DNA from: Octopus vulgaris
Lineage: Eukaryota
Assembly (NCBI GenBank): GCA_951406725.2
Contig: OX597818.1
Coordinates: 16,554,001-16,618,000 of the forward strand
DNA length: 64,000 nt
Reading direction: 5' to 3'
The stretch's first letter is position 1; each line of letters starts with the position of its first letter. Below, piece after piece: positions 26,131-40,615 of the stretch. The position numbers were made by a program, and so were the translations under genes. The notes under the pieces were generated by a model. The model was not told the origin of the DNA, ran no database searches, and saw nothing but the letters and a program-made list of their open reading frames with translations.

Positions 26131-26546
26131 GGATCTTTTCGGTTTGAACGGCAGTTTTTTCTAGCGGTGTCATATGAAATTGTCACCCATAATTATGACC
26201 TTAGTATTGATCTATTGCATTTCAATCTATTTTAGGGTTAGGGTTATGGGTGGGGAGAAGGGTATCTTTTTTTCTTCACAAATGTAAATAAACCCAATCT
26301 GTTTCTTAAACGAGGGACATATTCATACGGCATAGAATGTTGTTTACCTCAATGGACGTCAGTGATTGGTTGAAATTACAGAAATTGAAGAAAAAAACAA
26401 CAAATATCTTACAAACTATAGAATTTTCTCAATAAAGCCAGGAGAAAAAGATGTTTTATAAACACATTCTACCAGTATACGAAGTTTAAAAGTGTTTAGT
26501 TACCTAGAAATTATGTTAAAAGCTGCCGTTCAAACCGAAAAGATCA
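26131..26546. mobile_element. MITE with GG-ended TIRs and 8-bp TSD (Merlin-like)
   Basis: TIR ggatcttttcggtttgaacggcag / ctgccgttcaaaccgaaaagatc. TSD caattgca/caattgcg. Internal 'ttagggttaggg'. Confidence 0.75.
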
Positions 26547-27007
26547 CAATTGCGTTAACAGGTAAAAAGCTATGTTAGCAGAATGATCAGGCGAGTGAGA
26601 TTAACTAAAGTAACGCTCACGATTGAGCGAATATGTGTGTGTGTATGTATATGCATATGGTTAATATTTTTTATAACACATAAAATGAATAGTATACATT
26701 AATGTAGGACAAAAAATACTTCTCGTGAAAAACAGAAACAACTTTTTTAGAGAATTTTTAGAGAATTCGACTTGAGTAGGCAAAATATCATTTGCATTGA
26801 TACTTGAAAATTTTTTATAGTTAAATGTTAAAGAAAGATGTACGATGGTCACGTGTGAGCAACGAGAGAGAAAAAAGAAAGAGGGGAGAGAGAGACAGAT
26901 AGAAAACGGTGATGAGGAGAAAACAGTATAAAGTAGAGTCGCATCAAAAAGGTAATGATAAACTTACTTGGAAATGCAAGCGTGGCGTTCAATTAAATAA
27001 TAATAAT

Positions 27008-27049
<42 letters not shown>

Positions 27050-27051
27050 AC

Positions 27052-27105
<54 letters not shown>

Positions 27106-27132
27106 TTTATTCAAAGCAGCAGAAAATTCAAC

Positions 27133-27179
27133 AAAACCTGTTACTCTGAGTTTCCCGTTGCCGTTCATCGGACAGTTTT
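27133..27179 (-). ncRNA. Type I hammerhead ribozyme, CCGAUGA core variant
   Basis: AAAACUGU-CCGAUGA-a-CG(GCAA)CG-g-GAA-ACUCAGAGU-A-ACAGGUUUU: 8-bp stem I with one bulge, GNRA-capped stem II, self-complementary stem III. Confidence 0.75.
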
Positions 27180-27184
27180 TGCTA

Positions 27185-27249
<65 letters not shown>

Positions 27250-27397
27250 TATATTTGTACCCATATGAACGGCAACGGGAAACTCAGAGTAACAGGTTTT
27301 GTTGAATTTTCTGCTGCTTTAAATAAAGCATATTACTCTACCACTGGTATTTGAGTACTCTTTTTTCCACCTTGTTTCACATTTATGTGTTTACTCC

Positions 27398-27471
<74 letters not shown>

Positions 27472-27476
27472 TGTAG

Positions 27477-27810
27477 TGAAGGCGCATGATTCAGTGGTTA
27501 GAGCGTCGAGCTTACGATCGCGAGTTTGTGAGTTCGGATCCCGGACCAGGCTGCGTGTTGTGTTCGAGCACGACACTTTATTTCACGTTGCTCCAGTTAA
27601 CTCAGCTGTAGAAATGAGTTGCGACGTCACAGGTGCCAAGCTGTGTCGGCCCTTGCCTTTCTCTTGGATAACACTGGTGGTGTGGAGAGGGAGGGCCAGT
27701 ATGCATGGGCGACTGCTGGTCTTCCATAAACAACCTTGCCCGGACTTGTGCCTCGGAGGGTAACTTTCTAGGTGCAATCCCATGGTCAGCCATGACTGAA
27801 GGGGGTCTCA
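27477..27810 (+). mobile_element. SINE family B
   Basis: tRNA-like head 'gaaggcgcatgattcagtggttagagcgtcg...gagttcggatccc'. Homologous to 40147-40480. Confidence 0.85.
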
Positions 27811-27814
27811 GCAT

Positions 27815-28018
27815 ATAGCACGCCGGGCGAAATGCGTAGCCGTATTTCGTCTGCTGTTACGTTCTGAGTTCAAATTCCGCCGAGGTCGACTTTGCCTTTC
27901 ATCCTTTCGGGGTCGATAAATTAAGTACCAGTAACGCACTGGGGTCGATATAATCGACTTTGTCTGTCCTTGTTTGTCCTCTCTGTGTTTGGCCCCTTGT
28001 GGGTAGGAAAGAAATATA
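27815..28018 (+). mobile_element. SINE family C
   Basis: 'gagttcaaattccgccgaggtcgactttgcctttcatcctttcggggtcgataaattaagtaccag'. Confidence 0.9.
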
Positions 28019-28233
28019 TATATGTTTGCTCATCACCGCAGTGATTTCCTCTATATCCTTGACGCCACCAGAAGGGTAGTACTATGGAATTTAAAGTCTT
28101 ATGAGTTCAAACGCGTTGAAACTACTATGAGTCTAATATTCATGGCCGATGGGAAGATTTCTATGGTCATTTATCCTTTGTCCCTTATCTTTTTCCATTA
28201 AGCTTTTCCGTGTTCCACTTTCATTTTGTCATT

Positions 28234-28325
<92 letters not shown>

Positions 28326-28374
28326 TGCATGTGTGTGTATATATATGTATGTGTGTGAGTATGCATGTGTATAC

Positions 28375-28405
<31 letters not shown>

Positions 28406-28523
28406 CATACATATGGTACGTTACGGACATATCGGGCTTTTAAGAGTACCTGGTGTATTTTCTAATAAATTTTACTGCAGTGACAGCCAAAATCTATGGC
28501 TTTATAACATAATAAAATTTTGC

Positions 28524-28605
<82 letters not shown>

Positions 28606-29424
28606 TACATGTATGTATATATCTATGTATGCATGCATACATATGTTTGTCTATGCACGTTTATAAATACATGTATATATGTGTATACATATGCGTATAT
28701 ATGTTTACTTATGCATGTCTAAACAAAATTAAAATGTATCGGCATTCTTGTATGTTTCTCGTAAATTGCGCTAACGAGAGACTATCTAAACCCCTGGGAC
28801 CTTCATCAAAGGCAGTCTCTAACTGACTGCGGGCTAAAAGATTTTGAAATTAAGCGGTAAACGATAAAATGAAAAGAAATGTATATTTTAACTACAACCA
28901 GATAGAGTTGTAAAATTTCTTTACAAAAAAGAAGTCAATTTCCAAAATAAGTCATTAAAAATATTGTGAGAACGACTCACAAGTAACAAGTATTATGCAT
29001 TAATACTGAAAAAACACTTCTTATGAAAACATGGGCATACTTGTGTAAAATCATGTTCAATGGTAGGCAAAAAATATGATCTATCCCTAAATATCGGTAG
29101 TTGAAGATATACTTAAATCTGTTTAGTACATCAAAATAGAATCTACACACACGCATGCACGCACGTGTACGTGCAAACACACACACACACGGGTGTATAT
29201 GCTGTGCTGGGATTGAAATTCTTAGAGACTGCTTCTCTCGGAATCGATCCTCTTTTTTGTAAACAGAATAGCAAAATATAAACCAACAATGTAAATAAGT
29301 AAATCGACGACTTATATATCAAAAGACATTTTTATTTAGCATCAACTTCAGTTTCATTGCACTTTTTAGTGGTTGCCTTTCTCTCTCTCTTGTTTCCAGC
29401 TGTAAGATTTTTTACTCAACTACC

Positions 29425-29799
29425 TCTGTGTGAAAAGTCTGGCTGCATTCGAAAGATATATATTATGAAACAAAAATAAACACAAAATTTATTACACGAA
29501 TCTGTTACCACCACGACAGTCAACTATTTGACGCCGAACACGAGTTTGATGTTGAATACATCCACGAATTTTCCGCTCAGATAGCTCTTCCCAAGACTGC
29601 AAGACGGATTCGTGCAATTCATGCCTCACTAATTTGTTCACCTCACCTGCGAGCCATCTAAAGTTAATAATGATTCTGCTAATTCCACGTGTAAACATGT
29701 GTTGAATAGAACTCACTGAATAAATCTTTATTAACTGTGTTGTCAATTGTATGCACCTGACATATGCTAACGTGTATGCAGCCAGACTTTTCACACAGA
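29425..29799 (-). mobile_element. Tc1-like deletion derivative
   Basis: TIR tctgtgtgaaaagtctggctgcat / atgcagccagacttttcacacaga. Minus strand gives SWEELSERKIRGCI...IVDCRGG, like a Tc1 transposase C-terminus. Confidence 0.7.
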
Positions 29800-30499
29800 A
29801 TCTGCGCAATCTCACAAATTCATCGGTAGGCCAATCGAATTAGTTACTATATCAATTGCCACATTTTTTTTTACTTGTTGGTGATTCTTCTTATCACAAT
29901 ATACAATGTTTCTCATCTAAAACTCTCTTTCTGTTTCTTCAGAAATTAGAACGATCGTATAACTGTATTTTATCTTGTTCTGTAATTGAAATCATAGTAT
30001 GGAAATTTTGGATAACGTTTTCGACACAATCCTGGAAGTCATTAACACATATCTTGTGATAAAATTGTTTGTAGAATTCTTCTAATTCTTCCCCTACTCT
30101 TTACCAGAGAACAACAATGTCATCTATGTTCAAATAATCTAGGTTAACAATATATGCCTAGATTCAGGAATTTTATTAGTTTCTTGAGCATTATTTATTT
30201 GATTTTATAATACTGATATTCAGCAATCTCAGCAGTCTTTGGCGAAAAAGTTTCCTGAACTTCTTTTTGTCAACTTCTTATTGCTAAAATGCATTCAAAG
30301 AAATGGTTTCATTTAGTTTCCTTTCTTATGTACTCCTTCTATCTTATTGACTTTCGAAAGCCTTATTAATTCTTTCATTTATGGTAGATTTAAATTTCTT
30401 CCATGAAGGGATTTTATCAATATTTGATAGCTAAATTCCTAGAAAAGATTTGCCGGAAAGGCTGCTAGTCATTCTTGCATATTTTCACACTATACTGGA

Positions 30500-30734
30500 T
30501 TCTTTTATTCTTTTATTTGTTTCAGTCATTTGACTGCGGCCATGCTGAAGCACCACCTTTAGTCGAGCAAATCGACCCCAGAACTAATTCTTTGTAAGCC
30601 TAGTACTTATTCTATCGGTTTCTTTTGCCGAACCGCTAAGTTACGGGGACGTAAACACACCAGCATCGTTTGTCAAGCGATGTTGGGGGGACAAATACAG
30701 GCATACAAACGTATACGCACACACACACACACAC

Positions 30735-30781
<47 letters not shown>

Positions 30782-30940
30782 TACGACGGGCTCCATTCTA
30801 CTAAATCCACTTACAAGGCTTTGGTCGGCCCGAGGCCATAGTAGAAGACACTTGCCCAAGGTGCCACGCAGTGGGACTGAACCCGCAACCATGTTGTTCG
30901 TAAGCAAGCTACATACCACGCAGCCACACCTACGCCTATA
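30500..30940 (-). mobile_element. SINE family A
   Basis: Full-length reverse copy. Confidence 0.9.
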
Positions 30941-31760
30941 TTGATTATTTAGTTGTTACTTTTTATTAAACCTTTTTTTAAACAAAATCAACGAACCACA
31001 ATCTCCGCAGGTTTGCTTGCTCGTCTTGATGCTATAACTCTACCAAACTTTGGGATTTCTAATCCAAAGTGACCTGAAATATTATTAAGCTTCATTTGGT
31101 TTGTATTTGATGCGTGAAAGATTTTGTACATTTCATCAATAAATAAATATTTTAAAGTGGTTTACTTGTTTTATATTTTTGACAGAATCAACCAAAACAA
31201 GTTGCAGACAAAGCCTCGTGCATTGCCAAGTTATGACCTCAGGAAAATCATTCTCAAGTTTAGTACTCATTCCTGAATTCTTGCCAAACATTGCACTTCA
31301 GAACAAAACAAAATATACAATCAGGCTATTTTACTTCTTTTCTTTCTTTTTTCTTTTTTTTTTTTTAGCTATTCATCATCACATTCTGAAAAATACAGTC
31401 TGTATAATACAGAAGAATATATTGTTTCAGTATCTTATCCTTTCGACTTAATCAAATCGAGTAAAAATATTGGTTAAAAATCACAATCTATAGCTTTCAC
31501 GAAAATGATGCTAACTGACTTGCAATCATTGAAGCCTCGACAAAGATAAGGCGAAGTTTTACTGTTTGTTTAATTATTTTTCTAAATCTTTCGATTTTAA
31601 TTTCCTTCGCAGTACGATATATTATTTTAACGGCTGCCTTATGAAAATGAAGACTTATTACCATTTCAAATCTGTTTTTTATTTGTAGTTCAATACCATC
31701 TTCATTATCCGAACGCAGCCTGTTTTGTTTCGCTATATTGTAAAAAATATTAAAAATTTT

Positions 31761-32170
31761 GTGAAGGCGCCTGACGTAGTGGTTAAGGTTTTTGCATTCA
31801 TGATCACACTCACGATTACTAACCGGTCAGGTGTTGTGCGCTTGAGCAAAATGCTTCGTTTCACGCGGCTCCATTCAGCAGAGTTACCAATGGGTAACCC
31901 TACAATGGACTAGCGTCCCAGCGGGTTGGTACCATTCGAAATCTACACCAATGTGAGGAAGCGCATTGTGACTAGTGGTTTATAACAATATCCGATAGTC
32001 AGGTTGATACAGTGATTAAAATTTTTACATGTGCTTGCTAACCAACCACATGGTTCCGGGTTCAGTCCCACTGCGTGGCATCTTGGGCAAGTGTCTTCTG
32101 CTATAGCCCCGGGCCGACCAATGCCTTGTGAGTGGATTTGGTAGACGGAAACTGAAAGAAGCCTGTCTTA

Positions 32171-32235
<65 letters not shown>

Positions 32236-32468
32236 GTATGTGTGTGTGTGTTTGTGTGTCTGTGTTTGTCCCCCTAGCATTGTTTGACAACCGATGCTGG
32301 TGTGTTTACGTCCCCGTCACTTAGCGGTTCGGCAAAAGAGACCGATAGAATAAGTACTGGGCTTACAAAGAATAAGTCCCGGGGTCGATTTGCTTGACTA
32401 AAGGCGGTGCTCCAGCATGGCCGCAGTCAAATGACTGAAACAAGTAAAAGAGTAAAGAGAGAGTAAGA
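31761..32468 (+). mobile_element. SINE family B variant (31761-32015) followed by SINE family A (32030-32468)
   Basis: Homology to other copies. Confidence 0.85.
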
Positions 32469-34155
32469 GTGTTTATATACGCCTCCTTTAATCATTGTTT
32501 TTTTTTTAATTGCCCTCTCTCCACATTCCTTCGGTTGTATGTGATTTTGACAGAAAAGGTTCGTACTGGATTTTGTTTTAAGAGAAGCCTGCTAAACGAC
32601 TATTATTTTATTTCAATTTTTCAACATTTCAGTTTCTCCATTCCTTTGAAACATAGATTCCCTTAATGATTATGGACTTGGATTTTTTGCCGTGATAATA
32701 GCCAAATTTCTTATTGATAACGAGTAACCCGTCATATTTTCCTTGATCTCCTCAAAATTCTTCATACGCCAGCACTATGGGAAAACACGTCTTTTATCTT
32801 GCTCAGTTTTAGATGTTCCGTCGCATGTAAATTTTAAAGCTTGACTTTCAATCAATTCTTGCTTCAAAAGTTTATCACTCACTGAAATTACTAAAGGTTT
32901 CCTTTCATCCTGATCTTACCTCGAATCAATACTAGGAAGTTTTCTTCGAAAGTTCGTCATGTTTTACTGATTATGTTATAAGGGTTCAAACTGTAAATGA
33001 ACATTGTGAAAATGCCTCAACATGTTCTTCACAGCAAATCATTGAACTGAAATTCATTTCATGGTTCACTAACAAAAGAGAAAAAAAACATATAATAAAG
33101 TTTCATGTAAAAGCCGTTGCCACTACTTTTTAAAAAATTAAATGTTTCTTTGTTTTATCATGCTAAAACAAATGAATACCTGGCGATACAGAAACTTACT
33201 ACAGTTATTCAGTAAATATATTAACACTAAAAATACGAGTAAAAATGCAATTCAGGTGTTGTTTTGAGGACTTTCAATGTAAAATTTGTATGAGACTAAT
33301 TTTAAATATAAATATTAATAATTATCCTAAAATATGGTTGACGTTAAAGGAAATATGGTCAAAGAATTGAAAATACTGTTTTTTTTTTTTTTTCATTTTT
33401 CATTTCAGCTGCTTTTCGTGAAAACGGTAAAATACGAGTTGGCAAAGAAATTTGAATGTTATTTTAGGGGGTTTCGAAGTAAAATTAAGAGAAAATAACA
33501 TAGAATCAGGATTTTTCTCCAATTTTTCACTGAAAAATAATACCTGTTAAAAAAAAAACTTTCTATTTCAATAGTTGCAGTAAAATGCTAAAATACGAGT
33601 TAGCAAAGAAATTCAAAGGTTGTTTTGGAAAGTTCAACATAAAATTTGCATATGACTAAAATTTGAATACGACAAAATAAATGATTATTCAAATAATAAT
33701 CATGATTATGAAAAAGAAAGTGAACAAAATGAAATACTTATAGAAAATATTGCATAGAATTTGAAAAGTGTTTTCAACCTCTTTCAATGATGACATCCGA
33801 ATCAGACGTGATGCAGTGCTTAGTAGGATATTAAAAATATGGCCATTTGCTTGTCGGGGAATTTCTAAGTTCGGAGATTTGTTTATCGCCATCGTAGCTA
33901 TTTATACTCTGGTGAAATCCAAAAATCAACTCATAAATTAAAAAATTGATCGAAGTGTATTTCTGCGACTTGATTGGTTCGGATTAGCGCCATTATTATT
34001 TTTTACTCGATTTCAATCTCGTCTCTGAGGACTGGAAATCGTTCTCCTGGAATTTACTAGTCGAAAGCTTTCTGTTCTAGTGTGTTTATTCGATTCTGCA
34101 AGCATGTGTAATTTCAACAATCAGCTTGCACGAACCATTGCGAAACCCTCGATTC

Positions 34156-34186
<31 letters not shown>

Positions 34187-34998
34187 TCGCATATGTATAT
34201 ATGTATATATGTATATATGCATGTACACACACGTGTCCACGGGCATAGGTACAGCATAATCTACACACACACAGACGAATATCTGTGATATACTCAGTCA
34301 ATTTGCATGCAAATTCAATGTGCAGTCTGTTCAGTTAATCGAGCAAATGAAATATTCATACATCTTTATTCACAGCTACTTAATAGATCTAATTGAATAG
34401 GGACAACACTATTTCCATCTTCTATAATTTCGGTCAGTGTATCACATTGGAGTTATCTCCTTCGCTTTTTGATTCCGAACAGCCTCCTAGAGGGTTTCAA
34501 TAATTGCGGTTTATCAAACTTATGTTGTTTTCTCTCCCTATATTTTATGTTTAAGATCCTGTGAGATTTGTATTTTGTAAGTAGAACACTTCTCTAATAT
34601 ATATTCCATCAGTTCTATATTTGATATTCATTATCATTGTCATTATATTCCTTCTCTCTGTTTGTTTGTCTCGCTGTCTCCCCCCCTCTCTCTCTTTCTC
34701 ATATATGTAAGTGTGTGTATAATGGCAGTTGGCAATATTGTTAGTCAGGTGTACTAAGAGAGCTTATGAAGTATTTTTCCGTGGTTCATAATCCTTTATA
34801 AATAACTGTTTTCTTTTGCTAAAACCAAAATGTAGTATTCTGTTGTGTCTGGGGAGAGTCATTCTTTTTTAATACGTTATAATCTAACACACTCACCGGT
34901 AAAAGTTCCACTTATTTCTTATTTTTATTTTCCTAAAATTTTCGTTGCAAACCAAATTTAAAAAATCTTGCAAATAAAATCCCAAAACGAAACAAAAT

Positions 34999-34999
34999 G

Positions 35000-35071
<72 letters not shown>

Positions 35072-35098
35072 GTATATATATATATGTATATATATATG

Positions 35099-35179
<81 letters not shown>

Positions 35180-35254
35180 GTATATATATATGTGTATATA
35201 TATATATGTATATATGTATATATATATGTATATATACATATATATATATTTATA

Positions 35255-35333
<79 letters not shown>

Positions 35334-35334
35334 T

Positions 35335-35365
<31 letters not shown>

Positions 35366-35572
35366 GTATATATATGTATATATATTTATATATATATATA
35401 TATTTATATATATGTATATATATTTATATGTATTTATATATATATATATTTATATGTATATTTATATATATGTATTTATATGTATATTTATATATATATA
35501 TATTTATATGTATATTTATATATATGTATTTATATGTATATTTATATATATGCATATATATGTATATTTATA

Positions 35573-35643
<71 letters not shown>
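34999..35643. repeat. About 640-bp degenerate (TA)n microsatellite
   Basis: Seen directly. Confidence 0.95.
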
Positions 35644-35644
<1 letters not shown>

Positions 35645-35646
<2 letters not shown>

Positions 35647-36040
35647 CTTTTACTTGTTTCGGTCATTACACGCCGGCTATGCTGGGGCACCGCCTTAAAG
35701 AATTTTTAGTCGACTGAATCAACCTCAGTACTTATTTTCGTTTTAAACCTGGTACTTATTCTCTCGGTCTCTTTTGCCGAGCCGCAAAATTACGGGGACG
35801 TAAAGACACTAACACTGGTTGTCAGGCGGTGGTAGTAGTGGTGGTGGGCAAACTCAGACACTCACACACATATTCAAACACACACACAAATATACGATGG
35901 GCTTTTTTCAGTTTCCGTCTTCCAAATCCAGTGTCAAGATTTTTGTCAGCCCGAGGTTATTGTAGAAGGCACTTGTCCAAAGTGCCACGCAGTGGGACTG
36001 GACCCAGAATTATGTGGATGGTAAGCCAGCTTCTTACCAT
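35645..36040 (-). mobile_element. SINE family A
   Basis: Homology. Confidence 0.85.
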
Positions 36041-36069
36041 ACAGAATTCATATCGGATCCTGAAAATTT

Positions 36070-36104
<35 letters not shown>

Positions 36105-38556
36105 CCTACCGTATAAATATCTGCATCTAAGTTTAACCGGATCATTAACTAACAAACCACCATCTTGAACCTCGTCGTCATTAAGCTTCACCATGATAAT
36201 TGTTATCATTATCATCACCACCACTACAACCTAATACAACTCATAAACATTTCCCAGTTATCAGGTTTCTTCAGTTGACGTAGGAGCAGATGGAGAAAGA
36301 AATATAAATCCTGCTGGCACTGTCCTTACACTGTAAAACAATCAAAGAAAACAACTTTTTAAACATGACCCTCCAGATAACAGTAAAAGACTAACGGAAT
36401 TCCAGGAATGCATTAATCCTAGTTCATATATGCAACTCCTTCCCTAACCGTTATTTTCGGTGTCACTCTCTCCATACACCGCCTTAACTCCTATAATTAA
36501 AGTGGCCGATCTTTCAAGTTTATCATATTTGAAGAAAAATCTCATTTTTGAAGAAATTCCAAAAATGCAGTCATTTTTCTCAAGACTTCCAATGTTTTAT
36601 TTACTTTTCTTCCGTCCATTATTTTTCTTTCCTCAGAACATTTTTGTAAGAGAGAAAACTAGAATGAATGCCAAAAAGAAAAAGTGTTTATAAGTGTGAA
36701 TATATTTGAGACGTATGTCATCGTATATAAACAAACAGCCGTATATAGTCAGTGGTAAATATTTATTGCGAAAATCATAAGTTGAATAATTAAAAAAGAT
36801 TAATTAAAAAAGTCGTGAAAAATTAAAATTGTACAAAGAAAGTACACCCGGCCGCCACTCGCGGACAAGTATAGTTTGATAACATGTATACATCTCGGCC
36901 CTTTCACTATTAACCCACAGCATAACCAGGATGTGGCAACAAGAGAGAGAGAGAGTTACAACAGCAACCGGCTGGTACTCCTTTATAGTTAAATAAACGG
37001 TAGAACTGCGAAAAGGAGTGTCTTGCCCAAGAACACAACACGCTGCTCGGACCAGGGGTTGAACCCAAAACTTCATGATCATGATCCCAATACTCTAATC
37101 ACTGTGCCATATAGCTTCATAAAATTTGAATTATTCTAGTTTTATTTTCTATCAATTTGTCTATAAATTGATGGGACGAAAATAATGAGAAGTTTGAGAA
37201 ATATATTTCAGTGAATCAAGTAAACGTTTTGTAGTCACAAGACTCAAAATGGTGAATGCATTACTCCGAAGAATGGTGAAGATGCGCTGAAAAATCCATT
37301 TCACTGTATTTTACGGGACTCACCCTTATTGATGGTAGTCTCTATACCAATCAAAGAGAATAGGGAGGTTGAACAGGGACCCGGGACGTCGGACGTTTAC
37401 ATTGCTATAGGTTTATAAAGAAACGTAATGGAGAGAGATAAAAGGAGTAACAGTCGAGTACTGGGATCGATGTAATCGACTTACCCCTCCCTCGAAATTG
37501 CTAGCCTTGTGCCAAAATTTTAAACCAATATTTACGAATATGTGTTACGTCTCTCGTGAGTGTTACTGCTAAAATTTGAACTGCTGCATAGTCGGACCAT
37601 CGGAGACTAAACTGACAGTCTTACCAAGCTTGCTTGGTGAATAGGAGGGTAGTCAGTGGCCTTCCAATATAGTGCAAATGTGCAAGTTTATGATGCATGA
37701 TTGAGTATCTAGCCACGGTGGAGTGGCTTGTGTGTTCTGTTGGTCCAGAGGACTACACTAGAGGGAGTTAAACTTCTAGTAGGCTCGTCTTAGTAAGGTA
37801 AGCCAAATGGTAAGCCTTAGATAAAATTTTTATCACTATAAGAGTAAACTTAAATGGAAATCTTAGTCTAGACAGTGTTTCAAAACAGATGAAGGCGAAC
37901 ATCGGCACACTGAATTAAGGTTGATTAGTGACGAAAAATTATGTTATAATGTACAATGGTATGGATCAATAAGGAACTAAACAGGAAACAATGCAGCAGT
38001 CAGAAAGATTGGCATACTACAAACACTTACCATCATTACTATAATAGAGCAACTGAAAAGTCCGATTTCGCACGTAGGATATTGTTAACTAGGTTTCCTG
38101 AAGAGAGCACGAAGAAGGTAAAGACAAAGATACCGTCAAAGTAGGTTTGGTGACATACACGAAATACATTTCATTATAGGCTGTAGAGTAAGGCAGCGAG
38201 ATGGCAGAATCGTTAGCTTGTTGGGGAAAAATACTTTTCTGGCATTACGTTCGACTTCACGTTTTTTAGTTCAAATTCCGCCGAGAGCCGCTTTTGCTTT
38301 TCATCCTTTCGGAGTCGATGCAATCGATTTAACTCATACCCTGAAATTACTGCCTTGTGCCAAAATTTGAAACCATTATAGGCCGTATAGCGCGTCGGAC
38401 AAAATGCTTAGTGGTATTTCTTCCAGCTCTTTACGTTCTAAGTTCAAATTCCACAGAGATCAACATTACCTTTCATCGGTCGAGCTCCTCAAAATTGCTG
38501 GTCTTGTACCAAAATTAGAAAGAACTATATGCTGCATGGCCGTAAGAAATGTTATA

Positions 38557-38634
38557 TCATGCTATATCTATGATCCAGCATAGTTTGTTTTCTTTCTGAA
38601 TTAAGACTATGTCTGGCTTCCTATTCTCTATCTC

Positions 38635-38635
<1 letters not shown>
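38557..38635 (-). pseudogene. R4/Dong-type restriction-like endonuclease fragment abutting (TAA)n
   Basis: IENRKPDIVLIQKENKLCWIIDIA carries the PD..D motif and is joined to an (ATT)n tract at about 38636-38712. Confidence 0.65.
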
Positions 38636-38712
<77 letters not shown>

Positions 38713-39197
38713 CAAAAGTGAATTAACGAAATGGTTAGTGAACCCCACACCGGTGACAACTCATTTTCTAGTAGACAGTGGCATACGCAACCAAGCTGAC
38801 TAGTGTTAGTAAAAGCTGTCATATTTGTGTATATTCTAAAATATTTTATGCTGTCTCCCCCATCACCTCTTTCCCCTAACCTTCACCCTCCTTCTTTTAC
38901 TATTCCTGATTCTCTCCATCACAACTAACTAAACCAAAATGGATTTGTAACTTTCTAGAACAGAATTTTCAATTATTATTTCAAAATAAAACCACACATA
39001 ACACTGAAAAAAAAAATGGAGCGAGAATAAAATGTCTAATCAATTAATTTTATTTATTTTCGTTTTAATAAAAACTGCATAGAAATAACATCATATAACC
39101 AGCACTAGCACCACCAAATCATCACCAACAACAACAATAATAATAGTATCATCACTATTACCACCACCAACACCACAATTACATCAAAAGCACCAAC

Positions 39198-39585
39198 AAG
39201 GTGGCGGGGAAGCAGAATCGTTAATACTCCGAGCAAAATGCTTAGCGGTATTTCGTCTGCCGTTACGTTCTGAGTTCAAATTCCGCCGAGGTCGACTTTG
39301 CCTTTCATCCTTTCGGGGGTCGATACATTAAGTACCAGTTGCGCACTGGGGTCGATATAATCGACTTAATCCGTTTGTCTGTCCTTGTTTGTCCTCTCTG
39401 TATTTAGCCCCTTGTGAGTAGTAAAGAAATAGGTATTTCGTCTGCCGCTACGTTCTGAGTTCAAATTCTGTCGAGTCGACTTTATCTTTCATCCTGCTGG
39501 AGTCGATACAATAGGTACAGTTGAGTACTAGGGTCGGTGTAATTCCGAAATTTCTGGCTCTGAGTCAAAATTTGAAACCGATATT
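39198..39585 (+). mobile_element. SINE family C, nested or dimeric
   Basis: Tail 'aaagaaata' followed by a restart at the internal 'ggtatttcgtctgcc'. Confidence 0.85.
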
Positions 39586-39923
39586 ACTGGCATCAACAGT
39601 GCCATCATTTTCACCACCACCACTACAACAACAACAGCCCTCACCCATCCGAAATCTCTGGACTTGAAACAAAATTTGCAACCAATATAACCAGCAGCAG
39701 TAATAGCATCAACTCCACTACCGACAATAAAATTAACGAGCCAAGGAAAGAATATGTATGTGGACACTCAACTAGTTAGCCGCCTAATTCCCTCCGATCA
39801 CATCCGACTTATAAAATGAATAGACACATTGGATAATGTAGACTTACGAACGGACAGGTTGGTCATCACTGGACCGTCTTTGATCTTAAGATCTGTATAA
39901 TCAGAGCTGCCCTGAGCCTAAAG

Positions 39924-39993
<70 letters not shown>

Positions 39994-40146
39994 ACAACAA
40001 CAACAACAACAACAACATTATTATTAACGACTCGAAAACAGCAATTAATAGAGTAAAGTTATATGAATTGTAATGTATAATGTATACTATACAGTACTGT
40101 GAACATCACCGTACAATGCACTGTACTGTACTGTATGCTGCTGTAC

Positions 40147-40480
40147 CGAGGGCGCATGGCTCAGTGGTTAGAGAGTCGGACTCATAATCATGAGGTAGTG
40201 AGTTCGAATCCCGGTCCGAGTTGTGTGTTATGTTCTTGAGCAAGACACTTTATTTCACGTTGTTCTAGTTCACTCAGCTGTAGGAATGAGTTGCGATGTC
40301 ACTGGAACCAAGCTGTATCGGCCTTTGCCTTTCCTTTAGACAGGAGGAAGCCGGTATGCATGGGTGACTGCTACTCTTCCATAAACAACCTTGCCCAGGA
40401 TTGTTCCCCGGAGGGTAACTTTCTAGGTACAATTATATGGTCACTCATGACCGAAGGGGGTCTTTACCCATTACCCTTTA
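40147..40480 (+). mobile_element. SINE family B
   Basis: A box tggctcagtggttagag and B box gagttcgaatccc. Confidence 0.9.
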
Positions 40481-40615
40481 ACTGTATGCTACGTACTCTG
40501 CTACGTGCATTGAATATTATATTAGGTACTGTACACTGATAAAAAGGATTAGAGATACTTTCTGAGCCATCGGCTTATAATGACTTCTCCCTAGATTCTG
40601 TTGGAATATATATAT

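Larger units (their letters stand above)
29800..33000 (-). pseudogene. Decayed hAT transposase of the KIAA1586/ZNF862-like family, interrupted by SINEs
   Basis: Minus-strand fragments NRLRSDNEDGIELQIKN, DFPEVITWQCTRLCLQLVLVDSVKNIKQVNHFKIF, LEIPKFGRVI resemble the recalled KIAA1586 sequence in order. Confidence 0.7.

Noticed and set aside
40191-40212. tgaggtagt as let-7, and SINE heads as tRNA genes
   Set aside because: It is part of a SINE head next to its B box. There is no complete cloverleaf or miRNA hairpin.
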